Assembly (NCBI GenBank): GCA_000708835.1
Contig: DF237174.1
Location: 69,788-133,787, forward strand
Direction: 5' to 3'
From: Klebsormidium nitens
Taxonomy: Eukaryota; Plantae; Klebsormidiophyceae
DNA length: 64,000 nucleotides
Below the pieces are notes generated by a model that saw nothing but the letters and a program-made list of their open reading frames with translations, was not told the DNA's origin and did not search any database. Both the position numbers and the translations under genes were made by a program. Below are positions 26,393 through 38,391 of this stretch, piece by piece. How positions within the stretch are numbered: the stretch's first letter is position 1; every line of letters begins with the position of its first letter.

Positions 26393-29300
26393 TCATTCAC
26401 CCTCGGCCCCGGCGCCCCTCCATGCTCGACTCGAACGCCGGCCCTTTTCCTTGTCCACTTTCGCCTCCTTCCCTTCCCGCCGTTGATCCCCAAGATCCGA
26501 AGGCTGAGAATCCTTCCAATCATCCCCGCTCAAATCCGGCCCCTCAAACCGCGCCTGCTTGCTCAACATATCCACCGACTCGACGACGAACTTAAGCCCC
26601 GCCACTAGTTCGATGAGGAGAGACGAGAACTTCACCAGCGACATGGCCCCGATCCGCTCCAGAGTTCCGTCCCAGTTCCGCCCAAGGCTGTCCCGCCGCA
26701 GGAAGAACTCCCGCTGCCAAGCCGCCTGCGCGTTCGGAGACTCGTCCCCCGGGCGCTTCGGCAAACCCGGGCGGTCGTCCTCGGACAAACTTCCGTCCTC
26801 CGGTAACACTCCCGCGGTCTCCGACGTACCGTTATCGCTGCCGTTTTCAACTCCTGGCCCATCCCCGGCCGCCCCGGGTGGTTCAACCGGGCGATAACGG
26901 TGCCGCTCCGTCCGCTCCTCGACCGCTTGGTACTGCAACCCGGGCGCGAGCTTCCAGAACTCGTCCACCGAGGGCGTTCTCGCGCGCTCCATCAGCAGCC
27001 GGTGTGCGTTGTCGTGCAGGCGCATCTGGAGGAGCAGTGCGGACACCTCGGCCTGCTGCAGGATGTCCGATATGGCGAACGTCCGGAATTCGTTGAGGCT
27101 CTGGTGCAGAATGCGCAGGACTTTGCCCACCTGCAAAAAGAGACCACCGATTTTGAGATGTTGTTGGGCTGAAGTTGTGCGGATTCGCGGTCAGCAGAAC
27201 TGCCGCTTCAACATTCTGGGAATATCAGCTTGCGAGCCTGGTTTATGATGCAAGGGTTGACGGGTTTAATGTTCTGTGGGTTTGCAGTATTTGCGGGCGT
27301 TTGATGGCAGTCGAGAATTGCTTTGAGCCGAGTAAGGATCGGAGTGTGAGCACTGAAGAGTCGAGCAAGTATAGGTCTGGCAGTTGCGGTGCTCTGTATG
27401 ACAGGAAGTTTTTCTGAACACGGATGCTTGCCTCCAACCGCAACCAGTTTTCCCGAGAAGCTCGCAAGCAGATTGGTCTGCCGTTCTCCGTTTTGAGACT
27501 CTATTAAGAAACACGGCCAACCAGGCTCGAAAGACTAGGTGCATACCATAGCCTTCTACATCCGACAACTTTTCGATTGTCGAAGCCCATGAAAGTCAGA
27601 AAACTTGGAACCGGCACAATTGCGAGCCCTCACCTCGTGCTCTCATCTCGTAGAGACGTCACCGAATATCGGATGCCCTATCTTCCAACTTTGAAAGTGC
27701 ACAGTGGAGAAAAGGGCAATATTTCCAAGCCCCTCACCATCGGGGGAAAGCCCGCGGAACATCGACTATAAGCCCCTAACGTTGCGCGGGAGGCTCGCGC
27801 ACTCTCTTATCGAAAGTCTGTGAAGGGCCAGATGGTAAGCGCGCTCAGCTCGCGCCCACACTCACGCATATCACTGACCCAGAAATGTTGCGCATCGTGA
27901 GCGTGAGGTCGGCCGTGCAAGTAATAGGGGCTCGCGTGCGCAATAGTACGGCCGAGCTCACGCCTTCACACGAAGATGTCGCGCAGCACCAGATTAGAAG
28001 CCCCTCACCTCGTGCCCGAGCTCGCGCAATCTGTTGACCCCAAAAGCGTCGCGCAGAGCCAAACGTGAGACGCGCCCAAGCTCGCGCGCTTCGTTGGCTC
28101 AAAACCGTCGTGCAGCAGCTGACTAACAGGCCCTCTCACCTCTTGCCCGAGCTCGCACACCTGATGTCGCGCAGCATCAAAGTCTCAATGCCATCACCTC
28201 TTACGCCAAGCTCGCGCAATCTGTCGACCCCGATAACGTCGCGCAGCACTAGATAGTAAGCTTCCTCACCTCCTGCCCGAGCTCGCGCACCTCGTTGGCG
28301 AAGATGTGGCGCAGCACCAGATAGCAACCCACCGTATCTTACGGCCACGCTCGCGCATTTCACTAACAGAATTGCCGCGCAGAAGAAGCTGGAAAGCCCC
28401 CTCACCTCTTGCCCGACCTCGCGCATCCTGTTGGCGAAGATGTCGCACAGTTCTTACGAAACTCCCAATTCCACCACCTCTAGAGGCCAAGCTCGCGCAC
28501 ATCACTAGCAAAACGTCGTGGGAAGAATCAGTCCATAAGTTTGCTCACCTCTTGCCCGAGCTCGCGCATCTCGTTGGCGAAGATGTCACGCAGCACCTGC
28601 GGCGCCTGGATTTCGGCGCGCAGGCAGCCGTCGAGCGCGATGATGGTGTACACCGTGTAGCGCAAATTGTCCGTGATGTCGCCGTATAGGCCCCACGGGT
28701 AGCCGCGGAAGAAGCGGCCGTGGCACGGCTCCCAGGAAACGAAGTTCATCTGCGGGGGAGGAAAACTGGACTTTGAACTTTTTCGTGGGTTCGTTTGCAC
28801 AGGGTTGCTGGCCGACTTTTGAGAGGATGTCACCGAAGCTAGCCGTTGAGCCTTTCCATTGCAGGGGGCCTAGTCACCCGCCCGACGAGCAAATGCCCCT
28901 TCAAGAAGGAGCGGCCGTGGCATGGCTCCCACGACACGAAGTTCATCTGGGGGGCAGATAATCGGAGGTTTGGTTTTCGTACGTGTCGTTGCACGGGGTT
29001 GCTGCCCCCACAATAAGGGTAGGGGTCGGAGTCTTGATTGCAGCTGGTCAGGTGGCCCCTGGGAAGGACTCGAAGTTCGTTCGGAAAGAAGGGGCCATAG
29101 CAGGTCTCCCAGAAAACAGATACGGTTGGAAATGTCAACGTGCAGAGGGTCGAGGATCCGGGGAAAGCGTTCCGAGGCGTTCAGTGTAGGCCAACAGAAC
29201 TTTGGAATTCCTCAAAGGTCGAGATTTCTCAAATAGGACTCTGATGTCCCCAACGACGGTTCAAATGTTGTTCAGGGCTCTTGATTAAGCGGCCGTGGCA

Positions 29301-31801
29301 TGGCTCCCACAAAACAGAAAGAAGCCCTCCAGCTAAGTCTGGAGGGCTTGGGGTTTGTGGGCTCGCTTGCACGGGGATTGCTGCACCCCCAAGAGGGCTT
29401 TCAGAAGATCTCGAGGTGGAGATTTCAATTGCTGGGGGTTTGAAGCCCGCTGATGGATGTGGCATTCGCTCTTCGAGGCTTTTGCGAAAATCCAGAGTGG
29501 ACGATGCGCCTTCGAAGAGAATCAGACTTCACTAACGGTGCTCCGGAAGCTCTACGGCGAGAACTTGAGAAGTTGAAACACACACCGAGGGCCACCTGTC
29601 GACACACCAAGCGCGCGCGGATTGCTTCTCACCAGCTTGTCGACCTCGGTGTCTGACATCACGATCTCGTCATACATTCGGTGCACCTCGTCGCCACCCA
29701 TGCGGCCCGCCAGTATGTCAGGAACCGGCTCCAGCTCCGTGCCCTTCAAATACGACTCCACGCACCTGCGAGACGTCAGCAGCGGTCTTAGCGGTGTCTC
29801 GCCAGAGATTGGCTGTGACTTTTTCCAATCAGGTAAGGGATTGCGACTTTCGAACTGCGGCTGACGTAAGCGCAACACGTCTCGGAAGACGATGGCGGTT
29901 GAAGGCGTGGGTTTCGAAGAGCGGTCCATCATACCCGGCAAGGCGCCGAATTGACGTGCAGCTCGTGCCTGAGTAAGTGCGAACGAACTACACCAACGGC
30001 ACGTGATGACGGAATGGTTAGGAAAACGACACCACTCAGCTTCAAGTTCGTTATACTACTTTGAAAGCACTGCTATCCTTTTGATTATTCTTTTTCGAGA
30101 TCCTTCCCCGCTTTTGGACACGTTAACGAAGACTGAGCCACACGAGACATTTTTTAAATGGTTCGAAGTCAAAATCGAACCCTTCCAGGTAAAACACTCT
30201 TAGAAACGTCAAGACCGGAAGTTTTGCACCCTAACCAGCCTGCAGAGACCCAACTGAAACTCCAAAGCTCAAGAATGCAGGCTGCTACTGTCCATAGCGT
30301 CAAAATCCCCGTATATATAAGCCGCGGAAGATGCATAGGAGATGGTCGACTCACTGTTCAAGAATGTCCGCCGCAGTTTTGAAGTTCTTCGTCACCAGCT
30401 TGTGCAGAGTGTTTCCGGCGTACTTGGGCTTAACCAGCAAGTTAACAAACGCGGCCACCAGAAAACCCAGGACGATCATTAGAAAGCGCGCGACGGGCAT
30501 CTTGAGCTTCTCTTGTTTCTTGTAGCCGCTCAGGATGAGCAGGTGCGCTGTGATCGTGGCCTGCAAGAGGGAAGACGGGCGGTCAAACGTCAGCAACGTT
30601 TTTGTGACCCTCTGTGACTTGTTGCCTGGAAGCCACCACGTATCAGTAAGGCCTTGTTCAAAGAGGACCTCACAGTGTTGGTCAGTGCAGTTCAGAGTGA
30701 AGAACCAAGATACCATCCTATCAATCGATGTCGGCAACAAAGAAATGCGTTTGGGCCTGCCATACTGTTCGCGACTGATTTCGTCTGGCGCCAATGGTAC
30801 CGGAATCAGTTAGGAATATGAGCTCGACGTCGGAACTTCCGAGGACAGTCTCTAATGACTCGAGGAAGTTGCCTTCTTTATAGCCACAAAGCCTCTCTCT
30901 CTCACATGAAACAAACACTTCTCTAAGGTACAAAACGAGGACGGATACCCGATCAACGAGGAACTTCTGAAAAGCATGACAGTCCTGTCTCGTCCATTGC
31001 CTTGCACCTTTCACTTTCATGCGACGCAGAACACCAGACACTTTTAGAAGCACGGGAACACAGCGTCTCCCTCACCATGGATAGCGCGTAATTCCAATGC
31101 TCCTTGAGCGACGACCCGAAGCGCAGAAACACCGGCACCCACGTCACGACAAAGATGCTCAAAAGTACGAAGTAGAAGTGGAAGGGCCCCATCAGCGGCC
31201 CCACGTGGTTCACAAACACCGCGAGAGCCCCCGCCAAAAACGTCCCCGTGACGCGGTTTAGTCCCTTGGATAGCGACGCACCTATATTGGCCTCGTAGAC
31301 GAGCGCAATAGTGATTACAGCCCAGAGAGCGAGGCCCTTGATCTCGGGGTAATCCTCTTCAAACATGACGAGGACCGACATGAGGCAGCAGCTGACGCCG
31401 ACCTTGCACGCGAGAATCGCAGTCGAGGGATCCCCCTTGACTCTCAAATACGCGGTTATTGGAAACTGGACGAGTTGCGTAAACCACGCGGCTAACCCCG
31501 CCGTAACCCGCTGGTCAAGTCTCCGGTAGCTCCGATGCAGTGATTGGGTGGATGCGAGGTGGCCTGTCTCTTCGTCGATCTGGGGAGTAACCACACGGCC
31601 ATTTGGGGTTTTTGGTTCCTCCTCTGATTCGCTGATGTCAGCGGGGTCAAGACCCGCGGAGGAGGGCCAGCAGCGGTACTTTCTGCGCGCCGAGCGGCCT
31701 GGGATGCTTTGGGGACCAGTGAGCGAGGAGTCTCGACTAAGGTGGGGGCCTAGGAGCGGCTGGGAGAGGGTGCGCTCGTGGGAAGGGGGTTGAGAAGCCA
31801 T
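26393..31801 (-). CDS. ALMT: Aluminium-activated malate transporter (ALMT/QUAC family, ~667 aa). Exons 31801-31076, 30560-30355, 29765-29633, 28749-28549, 27130-26393
   Basis: WAVITIALVYEANIGASLSKGLNRVTGT, PKYAGNTLHKLVTKNF, the WEP signature (SWEPCHGRFFRGYPW), ALDGCLRAEIQAP and FSSLLIELVA..VESVDMLS. The spliced length of 2004 nt is in frame. Confidence 0.92.
27620..28548 (-). repeat. Tandem array (~65-70 bp units, alternating A/B types) of the last ~50 nt of ALMT exon 4 plus its GTGAG donor
   Basis: On the + strand ctcacct recurs at 28401, 28265, 28135 and 28004, followed by variants of tgcccgagctcgcgca...gaagatgtc. Interleaved B units with gccaagctcgcgc-like motifs sit at 28486, 28344, 28205 and 28075. 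Fainter copies continue to ~27620. Confidence 0.88.
28753..29330 (-). repeat. Three degenerate copies (~190 bp spacing) of the acceptor plus the start of ALMT exon 4
   Basis: The copies translate as MNFVSWEPCHGRSF (AG retained at 28947), SVFWETCYGPFF (~29100) and SVLWEPCHGRL (~29300), compared with the true MNFVSWEPCHGRFF. Confidence 0.85.
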
Positions 31802-32901
31802 GCCTGTTTGAGTGGGGTGGGGGGGCTGGGGGGAGGGTCAGAATGAACAAAGCCAGAAAGTGAGAGAAGTGGGGTTTCAGCAGTGGGGTGTAGCTGCTTC
31901 TCAAAGGGTCTGGGATGTTCAGGTGGTCAGATGCTGTGTTTGTTATACTTGAACGGAGCTGGCCTTGGATGATGTGAGTATTCCTGGCGCCTTGGGGCTC
32001 TCAGCAGTCCTTTGGAATGTGCCCTGCGACAAGGAGAAAAGAGTTCATTGAGCACAGTGCTCATGCTCTGACTATGTGAATTGAGTACTGCCTTCTGGCG
32101 GGGGTACTGTAAGAGGTGGAGGGCACTGTCTGCCACATGTTTCTTCCAAACAAAAGCTTTCTGCAGTTATGAACTTTTACAAACAAAAGCCGCTGATACA
32201 AGGTGAAGAGTACAAGATCTGAGACCGACCAGATGGACTCTAGCAAGATCAAGTCCCAAGGAACTCTGGCAAGATAGAGACCAAGGACATGTGTTTTAAG
32301 ACCGCGCATGCACAGTTCATTGCAGCATTTACAAGATGTCCAACTTCAATGGCAAGAGACTATACTCGAGTGGGAAAATGGAGAATGGGGAAGTGCCACC
32401 ACCAGCCTTGAGCTGCTGTCCCGCTACCGTGGGCTAGGACAAATAAGAAGCTCACCTCGTGAAAGGCATTACGCCGTCAATGCTAGCTTGCACATTGCAT
32501 TTCCTTCCTCCTGCATGCGTCTGAAATGCTGCATATATTTTCTGAGGGACAGAAGTGCTCGAATGCAAGTCGACTGTTGAAGAGCTGCATTTTCCTTCGG
32601 AAGAGCTGCATTCAAGGTAATACAAGGGTTACACGGGTAAAACATTTCAGTTTGAGTGCACTGGAGTGCGATGAGCGGCGTCGAAGCTGATGCCTACAAA
32701 TGATAAATATTACTATTAGACAATTCCCTGGATTGAAGTGGCATCTGCCATCTCCTTTCAACAGCATTGCTCAGCAGTCGGAATTTGCTGGAGACACTGG
32801 CGCCACTGGCACTGGCACCAACGTACTTGGCGCCAGAAGGAAGCTCTTTGGTCTTCAGCTTTCAGGGGATACTTGTGGAGAGCAACCTTCCACATAGCGC
32901 A

Positions 32902-35900
32902 ATGGCGTGCCGCAGGGCTACACATGCTGGGAGCTGGTACACGGATGATCGTAAGCTCCCCGCTGCAGAAGCAGTGTCAGCTCCCCTTGAGTTTCTTGAT
33001 GACTGGGTTGAGAAGCGGCTGAACTCAAAACTCAACAACTGCCAAGCCTTCCTTTTCTCTATACATGTTGAAATGACAACTGAAGGGCAAACCGCACATT
33101 GTGTCAATGAATAAGAATTAGTAAAAGTTAATTAGTCGCCTGCAATTGCACGCTCATGCTACAGCTGATGGCAGTTCAAAGAGATGCTTGTGATTGTGTC
33201 AGTATTGCAGATTGGGACTTTCTTGTTCAAGAGACAACTCTTGACCATGGATGCATTCTTCCACACTGAGAGTGCCATTTGTGTTCGTATTGATCATTGA
33301 AAGACGGTGGTCTGAGGTGTAGTGGTCACCCTCACTTTATTGGCACCTGAGTGCAAATGTCTTAGGATACACTCTGGAGAGTGCAGAGAGGACCCTCAGT
33401 GGTGCTAGATTGGTCAATCCCTCCTCAAGAGACACCTCCAAAGCAGGATGATTTGTTTCCCACTCAGAATGCCCTTTGTACGTGTTGATGATTGGAAGTC
33501 GGTGGTCTGTTTGAAGTTCTTGCCTTCACTTAGTCGGCCTCTGAGTGCAAATGTTTTAGAATTCACTCCGGAGAGAACCTGAGAGGGACCTGAGAGCACC
33601 CCTGATTACTCTCGAAGTTCCAAACAAACATATGTTCCTGCAGCGGACGAACTGTCTGCGGAGTTGGACGCTTGGCTTGAGGAGGCGGCAGCAAAGGTTC
33701 CACGGAGCAATCCAGAACATGCCAGAGCCATCATAGCACCGTGAGTGACGTCAGCCACCTCGCTTTAACTGCCATCAACCAAGACTGGTACTTCTCTACA
33801 GCATAGAAAGTCCAAACTTAGATTGTATTATTCAGAATGATAATGGGCAATTGCCCTGCCAAGAATGGGGATGGCCCTCAAATATTGTCTAGTTCTGGGT
33901 TGACTGCAGATCTCTGATGGCTGTCGCTACATCGGCTGCCCCGTTGAAGTTGAGAGTGTATTAGTAGCTTCTTTGACTCTACAAGGGTCGGAGTTGAAAC
34001 ATTCTGGGGTCATCTTCAGGTCACTAGAATGAAACCCCCAAAATCAGACCTCGATGTATCCTCCAGCTCTTAGGAGGTCGCATCTATACCCTTTGTCAAT
34101 GCTTTAAGGTTGTCGGTTTGTCAGAGCTGTTGCAAAGTCTCTCTATCAAGAGACCATAAATGTTACTCTAGCGAAATTCTTCAACTAAAGTGCTTGAGCG
34201 ACCCTTGCAGGCACGCTGGGTACCGCTACTCAGGAAGGTGTGCAGCATATGCCTTCTCACAGATTGACCCGACCAAAGTGTGAGGTGCCAGTCCTCGTGA
34301 GCGTATGCTTGTAGGGAATACTAATCACTTCTTTCCTGTTCTTTATTCTTTGCTTCCTGTATGTTGGTGTGCCATTGGTTTAGTCAAAAGTCTAATCCGA
34401 GTAGGATGTGCAACGAGGGGACGGACCATGTCATGAGATCATTAACGAGCAAAGGACTGTACTTTTGTCATGACTCTGGGTGCGCTCGATCACTTACACC
34501 CTTTTGCATCATCCTATGAGTTAATAACCCCAGTTGGGTGCACACGTATTGTTGTGGTTCGAAATCCGGATATGGTGTTGCAAAAGTCGCCGATGTAGAA
34601 TTCGTACTTTTCTAACATTGTGCCCTTTCTTTTCTGGGGGTCAGGAAGCGAATCTTCCTCCTCGGCCCCTCGCATCACTACTACACACGGCGGTGCGCCC
34701 TGTCCAATCTTGCTGCGTACAGGACACCGTTAGGCGACATCACCATTGATGCCACAAGTAAGGAAGTCAACGTGGAAGATGGGACTCTGGCTCGCTTGCC
34801 TCCTATCACTTTTTAGAATTGCGCAGAAAACGGTGATTTGAATAACGAAATGTTTGCCGTCGTCCTCAAGCTCTGAGCAGAAAAATGTTCAGGGGTTAGG
34901 ATGGACGGCTTCCCAATAGGCTTGAACCGATAGTTAGCTGTCAGAGTTTACATCCACCCTTCTTGCACCCAACTGATGCACCTGTTTGCATTCTTTCCGA
35001 CCAAGCCGTTAACCCCGCGACACGTTCCTGCTTGGATGGCAGTCTATGCGGAGCTGCGGGCCACTGGCGAGTTTGAGGAGATGACGTCACAGGTGGACGA
35101 AGCGGAGCACAGCATGGAGATGCACCTGCCGTACATCTATAAAGTGTTTGCGGGGTGGGGGCTCGGTCGACTTTTACCTCGAACAACGCTGACGATGATC
35201 GGAACGTTCGAACGAGCCTGAGGCATCGCTTGTCCATGCCTTTGACTTGAAATGGGTCGTATTCAGCTGAGAAGACTGGAAGGCCTACAATTGTCACGGG
35301 CCGATATAAGGGTTGTGTTCTCAACCAGCACCAAAAGCTATCGAGTCAACTCTTTCGTTCGTGCCGAATATGATGACTGTCTACTTTAGTCTTTAACCTC
35401 GAGCAAAACCCCTTTCTATGTGATAAAGCAATTAGTCTTTGAGAACTCAATACAACGCCCTAAGCGGAGGTATAGCGAGAGAGGATCCAATCATACGAAA
35501 AAGTCAATGAGATAGAAGTTTTATATGCAAGCTTTTAGCAATCAAGCCAGTAATCAACCAACACTCTAGCGCGCCATCTTCAGAGTCTGCGACTTAGAAA
35601 CGGCCATTGCTCTGCATTTCACGAGAACAATACAAAGTCAGATCAAAACCGTTGAAGCCTGACTTTGAGAACGAAAACTGGCTTGCTTCGCGAACATCCT
35701 GGAGGCCGAGACCTGGGCCTACTTCTTCCGATCACATCGGGTTTGACCCGCGCATACGGCTTGAAGTTGACGTTTGAAATTTTCGAAGATGTGCCTATGA
35801 GTGGAAGCCTTTGAGCAGAGGCTTATACGGGCCGCAGATGATGGGCCTGAAGCAAATAAGCGGGCTCTCCGTTCTGGATTTGTCGCACATCTGGCAACAA

Positions 35901-38391
35901 GAGTTCAAGTTCCGAGATTGTTGGCTGTTCGTATGCGTGACAACGTCAGAGGTTCCGCAGTACGCCCTTCTGCCTTCAATTTGTGCACTTTCAACCGTCG
36001 GAAGTCGCGCAGGACGCCCTTCTGACTTCCTTTGTGCGCTTTCTTTGCAGGCGACCGTTCACGTTGGTCCCCATTCTAGTTGGCTCCATCTCTGCGGACA
36101 CGGAAGAGCGATACGGGCGGCTGCTGTCGAGATACTTTGACGACCCGCAAAACTTCTTTTGCATCTCGTCGGACTTTTGCCACTGGGGGCAGAGGTGAGA
36201 TGACGGGTCTCACGGGTTTGTCGTCCTTTCAAGGTCAGCTAGAGAGTCCCCTGACAATGGTGTTCTAACTTGTTCCGCGCGTGAGCGCTCTTCGGAAGCT
36301 TCAGATTTGCGGGAGCTGCCCGCAAACCTGGCGATAGAATTGGTGCCTGGAATGGCTGCGGAGCTTCGGATGACCGTCTGAGAAGCAGAGTGGGGTCGCA
36401 TCGTCTTGACAGAACTCGAGATGGAATGTAACCGAACGTAAACAGAGGGGAAGCATCAGAGGCTCAGAGGCTCAGAGGCGTGCTTTCCTCCCTCGCCACA
36501 CTTACGTCCGCCCTTGGTTTAGCTCCGCGCCGGTTTTCAGTCCATTTCTTTCCTTTGTCTTTTGTTTCCCGCCTTGTGTCGGTTGCTGGACCCCTTATTT
36601 CCAACGGGTGTTGCGACGACTTAGCAGCGCAACCGGTTTGGCTGTTCAATAACGCGTCGATCGGTTCTTATACATCTCTTGTTCGGTTGCGGGTCCCCAT
36701 AGAGCTGTACGAAACAACGCTTCAACAAAAAACGAGTAACAGGCAGTTGCTTTCCGAGCCAGATTGTGATGCAAGTCTTCGGGCAGTAGCTTTCGGCTCT
36801 CGCCGTCGCTAGCTGTTCGACGTACCTGACTGTTCAAAAACGTGCCTGCTCGATACACTCCCGCTCTTGTACCAATACCGTGTCCCCCACTTTGAGCTAT
36901 GAGTACCAAGAGAAAGCTTGGGCCTACTTAGTGTCGTCAGCTTCTTTTGCGCTTCACCTAGCTTCGAAAAAGAGTGGCTTGTTCACCTCATACTTACACT
37001 GCATCCACTTTCGTCACGTTCAGCCACACGTGCTGGGGCGCAGTTGACAACTTACATTGCTTACTTTATCCTCGAAGGAATCAGCTTCACATACTGCGAC
37101 AACAATCCTGGACCCCATCTGCGAACTTACTTCGCAACTGATTCCTTATCCGTTAGGTTCAGCTACACTTATTGAGACAGGAAGCTTGCCCCCAACCAAC
37201 AACTTACAGTAGAATCAACCCACTCTCGTCAGGTTTAGCTACACGTATTGAAACGGGAAGCTTGCTCCCAACTAACAACTTACATCAGAATCGACTCATT
37301 CTCGCCATGTTTAGCTACGGTCACTACGACAAAAGTTTTGGGCCCCATCTACGAACTCACTTCGCAACTGGTCTGTACTTGCCAGGTTTAGCTACACGTA
37401 CTACGATAAGAAGCTGGGTCCGATTTACAAGTCGATCGAGGCCCTCGACCGGGACGGGATGGACGTCATCGAAACGGGCGACCCCGCGAGCTTCACCGCC
37501 TACTTGCAACAGTACGAGAACACCATCTGCGGTCGCCACCCGATCGGCGTGCTGCTCCATGTAAGCGCGCCGCTCCCCTCTGATTTTTAATTAGCCAGCG
37601 CCCCCGGTTGACTGCAACCACAGTTACGCTTTTCCCGACAATTGTTCATAGAGGATTTTGTTTGTTAGTTAGCGTATGCATTCACTTTCTTGTCTTACTT
37701 CGCGTCAACGAGCTTTACATCAAGGTCTAGCAGCTGCTCAGTCCAACTGATGCCGAGAGCTCCGAGAGCGGTGAGCTATGGCGTCAACCGTTAAGAGCAA
37801 AATTGGCGGGATCGAGTATCGAGCCAGTCGTCTGCTTTGTTGGGGCGAACTTCATTCAGGATTTGACAATTCGGGAGATTTGATACGAAGGATGTGTTTT
37901 CGTACGAGACATTTGACGCGTCTTCCTGCAAGGGGCAACCAAAAAAAGTGCTCGATTTTCAATGTGACTTCCAGTATATTGCGACTTCCTCTTGAATGTC
38001 CCGGTGCGGAAGTCCCCTTGTCTATCTCCCTTGAGATGCGCTACGGCAATTCTCCTGCAATTCTCTTGTTTCCATGTCGTGCGTCTGCCCCACAGAGCGG
38101 GGCTGGCGTCATCTGAAATGCAGTTTCTGGCCAAGTTCAGCCACGCAAAGAGGTTATCTGACCCATCACGTCAGTGGCTCTCCGGCGACTGTATTCAGAA
38201 CGCAAGTGACGGTAGGTTCTGATTAGTGGTTTACTCTACCCCTGCAGGCACTACAGCACAGTCGAACGAAGATGCAGATCCGCTTCACACAGTACGAGCA
38301 GTCAAGCCGGTGCAAAACCATGCGAGACAGCAGTGTAAGCTATGCCTCCGCGGTAGCCGTTCCGTCAAACTTGGGCAAGCCGACTGCATGA
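32902..38391 (+). CDS. MEMO1: MEMO1 / AmmeMemoRadiSam protein B family (~300 aa). Exons 32902-32950, 33644-33740, 34211-34279, 34645-34757, 35043-35154, 36051-36194, 37386-37560, 38248-38391
   Basis: [69 protein letters not shown] and YEQSS...DSSVSYAS. The spliced length of 903 nt is in frame. Confidence 0.95.
33255..33600. repeat. Intronic direct duplication (~194 bp period, two degenerate copies) in MEMO1 intron 1
   Basis: The blocks cggtggtctg, ctcact, ctgagtgcaaatgt and cactc(t/c)ggagag recur in the same order. gtgcaaatgt is at 33351 and 33545. Confidence 0.7.
36890..37385 (+). repeat. Tandem array (~77 bp period) of the intron 3' end plus the first ~45 nt of MEMO1 exon 7
   Basis: gtt(t/c)agctacac... 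starts at 37156, 37233 and 37309, and at the true exon start 37386. Weaker copies lie at ~37080, ~37018 and ~36895. Confidence 0.9.

Noticed and set aside
27620-37385. Regularly spaced repeats (ALMT and MEMO1 arrays) resembling CRISPR repeat-spacer arrays
   Set aside because: The context is eukaryotic, the units are degenerate copies of the adjacent exon junction rather than identical repeats with unique spacers, and no cas genes are present.
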